DNA of 64,000 nucleotides from Gemmatimonadota bacterium (GTDB lineage Bacteria; JBHIER01; G020348925): NCBI GenBank assembly GCA_020348925.1, contig CP070758.1, positions 3,859,688 to 3,923,687 of the forward strand, read 5' to 3'. Shown piece by piece: positions 34,990 to 43,946 of this stretch (position 1 is its first letter; each line of letters starts with the position of its first letter). The notes under the pieces were generated by a model. It saw only the letters and a program-made list of their open reading frames with translations, ran no database searches and was not told where the DNA came from. The position numbers and the translations under genes were made by a program.

Positions 34990-35396
34990 ACAAAGGTCGC
35001 TTCCCTGTCTTTCGAATCCTTCGACCTGTAATTGGTAATAGCCTGGTGAAGCGCGTCTGCCGCCAGTACGGAACAGTGGATCTTCTCTTTGGGTATGCCA
35101 TTGTCCATGGCCTTCACAATGTCCATATCCGTGATCCGGAGCGCCTCATCCAACATCTTGCCCAGAGCCATGTCAGTCAGAATACTACTGGAGGCGATGG
35201 CCGCAGCACACCCAAACGTTTTGAACTTGATATCGACGATGCGGTCATCTTTCACGCTGATGTAAACGACCGTGAGGTCACCGCAGACGTCGCTCGTCAG
35301 CTCACCGATACCATCGGCATTCTCTATCTCTCCCACATTGTGGGGATGTTGAAAGTGATCCAATAATTTTTGAGAATACGGAAGTTTCGCGACCAT
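34986..35396 (-). CDS. IscU/NifU-type Fe-S scaffold protein
   Basis: YSQKLLDHFQHPHNVG, CGD, FGCAAAIASSS and KIHCS (three conserved Cys). Confidence 0.92.
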   Translation of the reverse strand: MVAKLPYSQKLLDHFQHPHNVGEIENADGIGELTSDVCGDLTVVYISVKDDRIVDIKFKTFGCAAAIASSSILTDMALGKMLDEALRITDMDIVKAMDNGIPKEKIHCSVLAADALHQAITNYRSKDSKDREATFV

Positions 35397-35409
35397 GTTC
35401 CCTCGGTAT

Positions 35410-37074
35410 TTAGGAATCGAGCAGGGGTATGACGACGCCCTTTTCGCGGGCCGTCCTCATCGCCTCTTCGTAGCCGGCATCAACATGACGGGCGATACCA
35501 CTGCCCGGATCATTGTTCAACACCCGTTCCAGGCGGATATCCATGTCTGACGTCCCATCAGCTACAACGACCTGACCAGCGTGAATGGATTTGCCGTGCC
35601 CCACCCCTCCCCCGTCGTGCACCGAGACCCAGCTCGCCCCTGAAACGGCGTTCAATAATCCGTTGAGAATCGGCCAATCGGCCACGACATCGGAACCGTC
35701 TCTCATCCCCTCGGTTTCCCGCAAGGGAGAGGCCACCGAACCGCAATCCAGATGGTCACGCCCAATAACGATGGGAGCTTTGATCTCTCCCCTTCTGACC
35801 ATCGCATTCATGAACAATCCGAGCTTGGCCCGATCCCCGTAGCCCAACCAACAGACTCGGGCAGGAAGCCCGGGGAGTTTATCGAAATCGAGGTGCTTTC
35901 GAGCCAGTTTGATCCAATTGATCAGAACCGAATCTTTCGGAAACTCTCTCAGTATGACCTCGTCAATCCTAAAAATATCCTCGGGATCACCTGACAGTGC
36001 CGCCCAGCGGAAAGGGCCACGCCCCTGGCAGAAGAGCGGTCGGACGTATTCGAGAACAAATCCTTTGATGTCGAAAGCGTTTGAAACCCCCTTCTCGCTT
36101 GCGTACTGGCGAATGCCGTTCCCGTAATCGAACACCACTGCCCCCGAGTTTTTGAAGCCCAGCATGGCCCGAACATGGTCGGCCATCGACTCCTTGGCAC
36201 GATCGACGTACACCTCCGGATTCGTCTCCAGCAAACGCTCGGCTTCAGTCCGTCTCATACCTTTCGGCCAGTATCGCTTCGGTTCGTGGGCCGACGTCTG
36301 ATCGGTCACAAGATCCGGGATCACGCCTCGCCGTAATATTTCGGGATGTGTTTCAGCGGTGTTGCCAAGCAGCCCGACGGAGATCGCTGCACCACATTTC
36401 TTGGCCTTCAGGACAATGTCGAGGGCTTCGTCCAGATCTTCGCACAGACGGTCGCACAGCCCCTCGCGTATGACCCGCTCAATAATTTCGCGGCGAAACT
36501 CCACTCCCAAAAAGGCGGCCCCGTTCATGGTCGCTGCCAAGGCCTGGGCTCCTCCCATATTTCCCAGTCCACCAGTTAACAAGAATTTCCCCTTGAGGTC
36601 TCCACCGAAATGTGTTCTGGCAGCGGCGGCGAAAGTCTCGTACGTCCCCTGCAGGATTCCCTGCTGGCCGATAAAGATCCAGCTGCCCGCCGTCATCTGG
36701 CCGTACATGATGAGGCCTTGCGCGTCCAACTCATCGAATGTCGTGTCGGTATCCCAGTGAGGCACGATGAGGGAGTTGGCGATGAGGACCCGTGGCGCAT
36801 ATGCATGGGTTCTAAAGATCCCCACTGGCTTGCCCGATTGTATAAGGAGCGTCTCATCATTTTCGAGATTTTTGAGACAACGGACTATGGCTTCATACGC
36901 TTCCCAGTTGCGGGCAGCTCGCCCTGTCCCGCCGTATATAATGAGATTGTCAGGATCGGCCCCCTGCTCCAGGTTGTTCATCAACATGCGTAACGCCGCT
37001 TCCTGATGCCACCCTTTGCACTGTAATTCAATCCCGCGCGGTGCCACAATTTTTTCGCGAACGTCACTCGCCAT
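35410..37074 (-). CDS. hutU: urocanate hydratase
   Basis: [45 protein letters not shown] and GRDHLD motifs. Confidence 0.97.
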   Translation of the reverse strand: MASDVREKIVAPRGIELQCKGWHQEAALRMLMNNLEQGADPDNLIIYGGTGRAARNWEAYEAIVRCLKNLENDETLLIQSGKPVGIFRTHAYAPRVLIANSLIVPHWDTDTTFDELDAQGLIMYGQMTAGSWIFIGQQGILQGTYETFAAAARTHFGGDLKGKFLLTGGLGNMGGAQALAATMNGAAFLGVEFRREIIERVIREGLCDRLCEDLDEALDIVLKAKKCGAAISVGLLGNTAETHPEILRRGVIPDLVTDQTSAHEPKRYWPKGMRRTEAERLLETNPEVYVDRAKESMADHVRAMLGFKNSGAVVFDYGNGIRQYASEKGVSNAFDIKGFVLEYVRPLFCQGRGPFRWAALSGDPEDIFRIDEVILREFPKDSVLINWIKLARKHLDFDKLPGLPARVCWLGYGDRAKLGLFMNAMVRRGEIKAPIVIGRDHLDCGSVASPLRETEGMRDGSDVVADWPILNGLLNAVSGASWVSVHDGGGVGHGKSIHAGQVVVADGTSDMDIRLERVLNNDPGSGIARHVDAGYEEAMRTAREKGVVIPLLDS

Positions 37075-37928
37075 AAGTATCGGTCCTCCTGTGAAACGTC
37101 ATATCTTGATTACTAAACGATGCATACCAAATCGTAATCTACATCTCTTGGCAATGTCTGTCAACTCGAAAATTGCCTAAAATTTAGGAATAACGGAAAC
37201 TTTCGCCGTACGCACGGCGGTTCTTGTACGATTCGGCTGCAAGAGAGACTGGAAAAGTTAAAGGGTTCTGTGGAAAGAAAAGTACCGGAGCTCCACGCTC
37301 CGGAGTGAGGGGCATACCTCGATTCCGGGAATGGAAGCATGAAATAGAAATTGGATTCCACGCTTCCCCCTGAAAGTGCAGATTTTCAATGAAAACCGTT
37401 ACGTTAGAAATTGAGCGTTGTTATTCGATTTCCTCAAGAATCACAGAAATCAAGGTTCACATTCACTAATTCCCAAGATTACGCTACTATAGATTGAAAA
37501 AAGTTGTCTCATTTTTCATTTCTTACTAAGGAAGCCTGGAAAGACATAGGACAGAATCGTAGAACATGCCATGGAACAATGTTCAAAACCGATATTTTTT
37601 TCTCCCCTCATATGTCCATGTTACGTTACCTCCATGTTTATTTTAGGAAGAATCCAGGTTAAAGTTCTGAAAGCACCCTCTTTCGAGAAGGAGGTGTCTT
37701 GTGTAAAAGAGTATGCCGAGGTGCGATCCGAGGCTCCTGTACGAGTAAGGAACTATGAAAGATTCACAGTATATCCCCGGGAGCTACGCATTCCTGGTTT
37801 GTAATGTTCCCTCGACGGCTTCCACAATGTCTCAGACGCATTAAGACTCTCTGTACCCGGTGGCGACGTTTCCGCGACCATAAAAGGGTGAGAAATGCGC
37901 CGTCCCGAAAAAATGATTCAACCCAATT

Positions 37929-39674
37929 CTAAGAAGACAGCACACTCCGGTAGAGATTTTTATAAAATCCATCCTTCTCCACCAATTCCTCGTGATGCCC
38001 CGTCTCAACGATCTCCCCGTCCTTCATAACGAAGATCGTGTCAGCTTCTCTGACTGTCGAAAGCCGATGGGCAATAATCACAGTGGTCCTGTTTTTTGAA
38101 AGCTGAAACAGGCTCTTCTGCAACAGAGCCTCGGTCTCTAAATCCAAGAATGACGTAGCCTCATCAAGTATGACGATCTTCGGATTTTTCAGAAAAACCC
38201 TGGCGATGGCAATGCGCTGAGCCTGTCCACTGGAAAGACGGAGCCCCCTCTCCCCGACCTGTGTTCTGTAACGATCCGGAAGGGAAAGGATAAAATCATG
38301 ACATCCGGCATCCTTTGCCGCCTGAATAATCTTTCGATCATCGGAGATTCTGTTACCGTATGCTATATTTTCCCTGACGCTTCCACTTAAAACAAAAGTG
38401 TTTTGCAGAACAATCCCCATTTGGCTGTGCAGAAATTTCAGATCAATTTCTCGAACATCCACATGATCCACCATGACGACTCCTTCATCGGGCTCGTAAT
38501 AGCGAGAAAGGAGACCGCACAGAGTCGTCTTTCCACTCCCGCTCGGTCCCACTATGGCAACCGTTGATCCTCCTGAAACATCAAACGTCACATTTTTCAA
38601 CACTCGATTGTAAGGATAATATCCGAAGCTCACGTTCCGAAATGAAATATGGCCTTCCAAAGCACCCGGAACGACATTCCCCTCATCGCATTGAGAACGA
38701 ACATCATATATTTCATAAAAGCGATCGAAGCTGACCAAAGCCGCCTGCAAACTCAAAATGATATTGGTCGCTGTGGTAATGGGATTGTAGAGTCTGTTGG
38801 CAAACATCATGAACGCCATCAGACCCCCTAAACTCAAACTCTCATGAATCACCAAATGTCCACCGTAGTAAAGAATTATGAAAGCCCAGAGATTGTTGAT
38901 ACAATTGACAGTGCTCGCCGAGCATTTGGTGAGCATAAAGCTTCTTATTTTCTTAATGACGAAATCATGGAGATCCCGATGAAATCTCAGAAGTTCTGAT
39001 CCTTCCGCAGCTGATCCTTTAATCATTTTCAAATTCCCCAGACATTCGATCATTCTGCCAGTTATGTCTTCAGCCTTCTCCTTGACCAACCGTGAATACT
39101 TGATAATAGGTTTATAGAACTTGAATATGGTTACAACATGACCGATAAAGATGGCAAACACAGCCAATGCCAGTTTCCAGTTGAGAATGAACATGCCGGC
39201 CGCAATAAAAAGTGCAATGATGATATTCATGAAAAAATTTATTGGGGTGGCGGCAATAAACTGATGTATTACGTCGGTGTCCCTCATAATCCTATAGTGG
39301 AGTTCACCGCTTTTTTTTGAATCCAGGAAGTGTACAGGGATCTTTTTTAAAATGCGGGCGTAAAAGTCAAACTTGATATCAAAATCAATTTTCTGATCGA
39401 TCCGAACAAAAACGTAATTCTGGAATATATCCAAGGCCGTTCCAAAAATTAAAACCCCCAGCATCACTCCCAACAAGATTCTCATTAATCCCAAGTTCTT
39501 GTTTATAATAACATCGTCAATAATTATCTTCGTCAAAATGGGAGTGATGAGGGACAGGAACAAAAAGACGAAAAGAAGAATGACGCACAAAGCTATTGTA
39601 TCTATATACTTCAAGCCATATGTTTTCAATGCTCTTGTGTATCTACTGTGAACAAAATCGTACAGAACGAACAC
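37929..39674 (-). CDS. ABC exporter (fused TMD-NBD), no C39 peptidase domain
   Basis: Membrane domain, then GPSGSGKT, LSSGQAQRIAIAR, ILDEATS and IAHRLST. The N-terminus starts directly with the TMD. Confidence 0.92.
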   Translation of the reverse strand: MFVLYDFVHSRYTRALKTYGLKYIDTIALCVILLFVFLFLSLITPILTKIIIDDVIINKNLGLMRILLGVMLGVLIFGTALDIFQNYVFVRIDQKIDFDIKFDFYARILKKIPVHFLDSKKSGELHYRIMRDTDVIHQFIAATPINFFMNIIIALFIAAGMFILNWKLALAVFAIFIGHVVTIFKFYKPIIKYSRLVKEKAEDITGRMIECLGNLKMIKGSAAEGSELLRFHRDLHDFVIKKIRSFMLTKCSASTVNCINNLWAFIILYYGGHLVIHESLSLGGLMAFMMFANRLYNPITTATNIILSLQAALVSFDRFYEIYDVRSQCDEGNVVPGALEGHISFRNVSFGYYPYNRVLKNVTFDVSGGSTVAIVGPSGSGKTTLCGLLSRYYEPDEGVVMVDHVDVREIDLKFLHSQMGIVLQNTFVLSGSVRENIAYGNRISDDRKIIQAAKDAGCHDFILSLPDRYRTQVGERGLRLSSGQAQRIAIARVFLKNPKIVILDEATSFLDLETEALLQKSLFQLSKNRTTVIIAHRLSTVREADTIFVMKDGEIVETGHHEELVEKDGFYKNLYRSVLSS

Positions 39675-40094
39675 CCCTCCTTTCGACGAGAGGAGTATGA
39701 AATGTGAAGAAACCCGGACCTCTTTGGTTCTATGGCGAATTCGCGGTTCGACGAAAATCTGAAGGAAGCCTATCCAATGATTCTCTCGCCGGCAACGCTC
39801 TCAAGCGATGCGTGCAAGAAGACGTCCACCGAAGCGATACATATCATGAAACAATCGTCTCTTCTATTTCACAATGTGACGAATGCACCAGGTGCCAAAA
39901 TTTTGTGAATAGAGAGACGTTCAAAAAAAAACTTGCACCTCAGTATCTGATTTGAAAAACATCACAGACAAGAAGCTTCGAACATACTGTTATTTTTTCT
40001 GGAGTTGTGTCTTTGCGCCCCTGCGCGAACAATTTTCGGAGAAGACTTTTCTCGAGCCGACCGTAATCATGTCAGAGCTTCGAATATCTTCAGT

Positions 40095-40844
40095 TCAACG
40101 TAACGGGTTGCCCATCCTTTGGGATGAGACTGTTGGATGATACTGTTTCAACTCCAGTACCATATTGTGCGTCTCGCAGTGATACCGTACCATGGGGTGA
40201 GGGTGATTTTGAGCATACCACAAAAGTACCCTCTGTCCAGGAACACTGAGTTCAATGGCACTGCACAGAAATTCCCCGGCATCTCCCGTCACAGTATCGG
40301 ACCCGATGGTCTTGAAAAAAGCGGTCTGGACGTGTTTTGCAAAGGGATAGAGATAGAAAAAAGATGCCGCACGTCTTCGCTCGAAGTCCACAGTCCTGAG
40401 AAGATGGACTATCTGTTCGTTATCATAGACAGCTCCTCGAAGAGGGACAGAGAAACGATCCTGTTTCGGCAAGAGAAGGTGCACTGTTGCCTGATGCGTG
40501 GTGTATGCAACCGATGCCTCAACCGTTCCTCCGCCCAAATTCATAACTTTTTTCGAGGAAACCGGTGCATAGGTGCTTTCGTAAAATGTTACTTCGGAAT
40601 CAAACACTTCTTCTTTCCCAAGGAAACCTGATACCGTGTAGAATTTTTGCCCTTGCCCCTCTCCTGTCATCGCAAGAACATATTTGAGCTCCGTTTGAAT
40701 TTTTCCATCAACAAGAATATCGTAGGTGAACGCTTCATTATGGCCATAAGGGGCCTCTCCGAAAAGGACTTCCCCTCCACGCCTGTGTACTGACGAAGTA
40801 TTGGAAACTTGAGAACTCTTTACTCTATCAAGAATGTTCATCAC
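40095..40844 (-). CDS. DUF3108-like beta-rich protein, no signal peptide
   Basis: YDNEQIVHLLR, VTGDAGEFLC and QNHPHPMVRY...ELKQY; paralogous to 41339-42127. Confidence 0.6.
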   Translation of the reverse strand: MMNILDRVKSSQVSNTSSVHRRGGEVLFGEAPYGHNEAFTYDILVDGKIQTELKYVLAMTGEGQGQKFYTVSGFLGKEEVFDSEVTFYESTYAPVSSKKVMNLGGGTVEASVAYTTHQATVHLLLPKQDRFSVPLRGAVYDNEQIVHLLRTVDFERRRAASFFYLYPFAKHVQTAFFKTIGSDTVTGDAGEFLCSAIELSVPGQRVLLWYAQNHPHPMVRYHCETHNMVLELKQYHPTVSSQRMGNPLR

Positions 40845-40971
40845 CTTCTTCGGGAGACAGGCTGGGAGACGTTAAGAAATTATTTATTTCTTCAAAAACG
40901 CAATGATCCAGGGGAGCCCAAGACGTATTCTTCATTCCGTCACGTTCACCGGTACACCATACCATCGTCAT

Positions 40972-41268
40972 TCATTTTTCAAATTTTCTGCACCCCAAAA
41001 CAGTATTGAGCACAATGGCCAAAAAGAGAAGGAGTAAAATCCACATGAACACGTTCCCCAATTGGTGGGCCGCGGGAAAGAAAGCGAAACATATCCCGAT
41101 GAGACAGATCCGCAAGCCCGCAAACTTCGCCAATCCCTCTTTATCCTCTACTTTCGATGGATCGTATCCAGCCAACAGCCACAGTGTTTTCTTGGCCCAA
41201 ATAAGCCATCCAGATATGATACCGATCAATCCAATGACGCAGAATAGTACTATAGCGGCCATATTCAT
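40972..41268 (-). CDS. small membrane protein, DUF3784-like
   Basis: TM, KKTLWLLAGYD..KVEDKEGLAKFAG, then 2 TM; RBS GAGGAGG before ATG 41268. Confidence 0.7.
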   Translation of the reverse strand: MNMAAIVLFCVIGLIGIISGWLIWAKKTLWLLAGYDPSKVEDKEGLAKFAGLRICLIGICFAFFPAAHQLGNVFMWILLLLFLAIVLNTVLGCRKFEK

Positions 41269-41338
41269 CTCATCCCCTCCTCGAAACATTGAAATGCATA
41301 ACGATACATTCTCCTCCTTGAACGGCGACAGACCTCCA

Positions 41339-42127
41339 TCACGGCATAACATAATTGGTCAGTTCAATAATTTGGGTTCCCTTGACGTTCTTCACCATCG
41401 GATGAGGCCTCTGCTCGGAAATCAATATATATTGCTGTACTTCATTTCTCAGCTCCTTTTTCGAAGAAATTCTCCAGCAAACAAATTTCCCCGCCGGAAC
41501 CACCACAACCTCTTTGGCCTCGACTTTGAGCATCGGATGGGTCACAACTCCTTTTAAAATATGAACAGCAGAGATCGAAGCGGAGTATCCAGTATATGTG
41601 TTCAATAAGGAACGTATGAGAAAATGAGCCTGATAGTTATCAAAAACGTTCAAAGGCACATTCATACTCGTTTTATGTTTTGCGCGAGCGGTTTCAACAT
41701 AAATATCCACTTTCCTGCCCTTGTAATGTCCCTTCACCTTGATGGTCTCACCCTCGGGTGTCTGCAGACTGATGTGCGTCACAATGGGCTTGTAATCTCC
41801 TTTGTTCGCAAGAACGGTTACCTCCTCAGTGTAGCTGGTATGATACATTTTGGTTTGAGTTATGATTGAAATATAATCATTTTCCATCTCTTTTGAAAGC
41901 CTATTTTCAATCACGAGTTCGCCAATGCTTATTTTCTCCTTACTCTTCCGAACCCAGTCAATGGTGTATTCCGCCCTTTCCCCGTTCAACCAGGGTATTT
42001 CAGCAAACAACGATTTCTTGGTGTTCTTTTCTGGCACGTTCTGAATTCTCATGAAACGTTTTATTGTGGTTGTATCGAATGACCGCCCTACAACGCGCCG
42101 TCCAACTCTCCCTCTCGAATCTTCCAA
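41339..42127 (-). CDS. DUF3108-like beta-rich protein (start uncertain, possibly 42052)
   Basis: PWLNGERAEYTI, FDNYQAHFLIR, VVVPAGKFVCW and EQRPHPMVKN...ELTNY. Confidence 0.65.
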   Translation of the reverse strand: MEDSRGRVGRRVVGRSFDTTTIKRFMRIQNVPEKNTKKSLFAEIPWLNGERAEYTIDWVRKSKEKISIGELVIENRLSKEMENDYISIITQTKMYHTSYTEEVTVLANKGDYKPIVTHISLQTPEGETIKVKGHYKGRKVDIYVETARAKHKTSMNVPLNVFDNYQAHFLIRSLLNTYTGYSASISAVHILKGVVTHPMLKVEAKEVVVVPAGKFVCWRISSKKELRNEVQQYILISEQRPHPMVKNVKGTQIIELTNYVMP

Positions 42128-42621
42128 TACCTGTGAGAAGCATCTACGAATCTCCGGGGCGTCTCCACACTCATCACAATCACACGATCACGTGTTCGAA
42201 CGCCGACAGCTTTCTCGAACGTGGTCACGAAAACGAGCCCTCGTTCATTATTTCTCAGTTGATGGTATCCTCCACTATACCCCGGAAGTGAAAACCCGCA
42301 CGTTCTCAGCTTCGGTTTCAGGGTAGAATCGGGAATCGAAACCTCACATATCTCCTCGACACGAAAACGCATACTCTGAATTCCCAGCTTAATGGTCAAG
42401 CCATCGGACGTCATCTCGAAGCGTGTGTGATACATTGCATAGAGATTGCAACAGACGGAACAGAGAACGAGAAAAATGAGAAACAGTGTTACACAGCACG
42501 ACATCCTGTTTCGTGTGTGCAAAACATTATAGACGATCAAGCCTAAAAGAAAAACGATAACCATAAGGTGGCTGATTATGGCCTTGTTGAACAATGGCAT
42601 GAAGAATATTTCAGATGTCAT
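42088..42621 (-). CDS. membrane protein with bacterial PH domain (possible immunity protein)
   Basis: Two TM segments, then FEMTSDGLTIK, RTCGFSLPGYSGGY and IVMSVETPRRF. Confidence 0.7.
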   Translation of the reverse strand: MTSEIFFMPLFNKAIISHLMVIVFLLGLIVYNVLHTRNRMSCCVTLFLIFLVLCSVCCNLYAMYHTRFEMTSDGLTIKLGIQSMRFRVEEICEVSIPDSTLKPKLRTCGFSLPGYSGGYHQLRNNERGLVFVTTFEKAVGVRTRDRVIVMSVETPRRFVDASHRYWKIREGELDGAL

Positions 42622-42710
42622 CACAGACACCCCTCCCTCTACAGATGCGAGGTGTTGCTTTCAACGAATTTTTGTGAGCGAAAAAACAGCGAGATTCCAT
42701 AAAACCTGGA

Positions 42711-42756
42711 GGGAAGCGTGGGCACTGCCAAGTGCGTTGCACGCGCCCACGCTCCC
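42711..42756 (-). terminator. GC-rich stem-loop downstream of precursor gene
   Basis: GGGAAGCGTGGGC...GCCCACGCTCCC inverted repeat ~30 nt after the stop codon; no strong U tract. Confidence 0.55.
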
Positions 42757-42784
42757 TACAAGGCAGTCACTTTGAGACAGAATC

Positions 42785-42961
42785 CTACGTGCTCCAAAAC
42801 ACTGCACCGGCAACAACTGCGGCAGCAACAGCAATACCGGCAACGGTAGCAGCTGCAGCATACACTGCGACAAGAACCCAAGCGATCCAGGTGCACACAG
42901 CTGCCGGCCTATCATCCTTACTTCCCAAAGGAAGGATAAGGGGCGTCTCATATTCATTCAC
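42785..42961 (-). CDS. putative RiPP precursor peptide, 58 aa: MNEYETPLILPLGSKDDRPAAVCTWIAWVLVAVYAAAATVAGIAVAAAVVAGAVFWST
   Basis: Strong RBS AAAGGAGG 9 nt before GTG 42961, TAG at 42785-42787, YxxPxI leader motif, uncharged core, located next to RRE and radical SAM genes. Confidence 0.85.
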   Translation of the reverse strand: MNEYETPLILPLGSKDDRPAAVCTWIAWVLVAVYAAAATVAGIAVAAAVVAGAVFWST

Positions 42962-43037
42962 CGGACATCACCTCCTTTCACACTTTCTCCTGATGGATGC
43001 AAATCCAATACAATATTCCACCGGGAGAGACGAAGTA

Positions 43038-43937
43038 TTACGCGAGCATCCAACGGCTAAAGACCTGCAGATCTTTACCCCAACCAAGTTCATCCTTGAA
43101 TTTCGCCTCCTCACTGAAACCTTTCGCTGATAAAAAATCGAGTATGCGCTCGTTGGCCATGTTCTCACTATCTTGCAACTGCAAGCACTTCACCTTAGTA
43201 CAACGGATTTGCGGGGGAAGAACGCTGGGCAAGAGTGCAACGGCGAAATCAAACAATTTTGAAAAAAAGACAACCGGTGTCTCTCCGTTTGCCTTGAGCA
43301 TCAGTCCGATTATTGTCGTCCTATCGGGCAGCCAGGCATTGGGAAACGTCAGACTTACGAGTCCCGTAAGCGTGTGATCCTCACATGACACAAAGAAACC
43401 TTCCGTATTGAAAAAAATTTTCTGTCGGATCACGGTTTCATCATAGCCATCACGGGGAAAAACAGGATTTTCGTAAAACGGCTTTTTATGCTCCAGATGT
43501 TCTTGCTCCTTTGGAATACCAAATTTTTGTAATAAAGCAACGATCTCCCCCACATCTTCTTCGGTGGCAACATAGGCTTCAGCCGTATTTCCCATTTTTT
43601 GGGCATACATCTTAGAGAAGGGATTCGAACCGATCCACTCTATCAGTCCAAGTTTCCAGAAGCTTCGAATGACATTATTGATATCCTGCCTCAGGGTGTG
43701 TGAAGAGACGTTCGAATATCGCGCCCTGAGCTGTGCGTGGATTTCCTCCAAGGTGCGTGCTCCGGTACACAACTCCTTGATTTCCACACCTGTGCGGTTA
43801 AGCAGCAACTGTTGCGTCTCAGGATGTTGCTTGGAGAGAAATGTAAAACATCCCTCCTTTTCCTCCCTGAAATAGTCGAGATTCTCCTCAACGAATTTTG
43901 GCTGAGGTCCTTTGGTATTCTTTGGAGGCACCATCAT
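43038..43937 (-). CDS. PqqD/RRE domain fused to GNAT-like domain
   Basis: N-terminal LLLNRTGVEIKELCTGARTLEEIHAQLRARY...RQDI...FWKLGLI (RRE). C-terminal FLSAKGFSEEAKFKDELGWGKDLQVFSRW (RimJ/L-type GNAT end). Confidence 0.75.
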   Translation of the reverse strand: MMVPPKNTKGPQPKFVEENLDYFREEKEGCFTFLSKQHPETQQLLLNRTGVEIKELCTGARTLEEIHAQLRARYSNVSSHTLRQDINNVIRSFWKLGLIEWIGSNPFSKMYAQKMGNTAEAYVATEEDVGEIVALLQKFGIPKEQEHLEHKKPFYENPVFPRDGYDETVIRQKIFFNTEGFFVSCEDHTLTGLVSLTFPNAWLPDRTTIIGLMLKANGETPVVFFSKLFDFAVALLPSVLPPQIRCTKVKCLQLQDSENMANERILDFLSAKGFSEEAKFKDELGWGKDLQVFSRWMLA

Positions 43938-43946
43938 CGTAAGCTC

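Noticed and set aside
42785-42961. Assignment of the peptide to lasso peptide, daptide or proteusin classes
   Set aside because: No lasso cyclase and no acidic core residue; no dehydrogenase/aminotransferase/methyltransferase set despite the C-terminal Thr; no NHLP/Nif11 leader.
42661-43130. Track ORFs 42661-42957 (-) and 42732-43130 (+, Thr/Ala-rich)
   Set aside because: Alternate-frame and antisense readings of the precursor; the RBS spacing fits GTG 42961.
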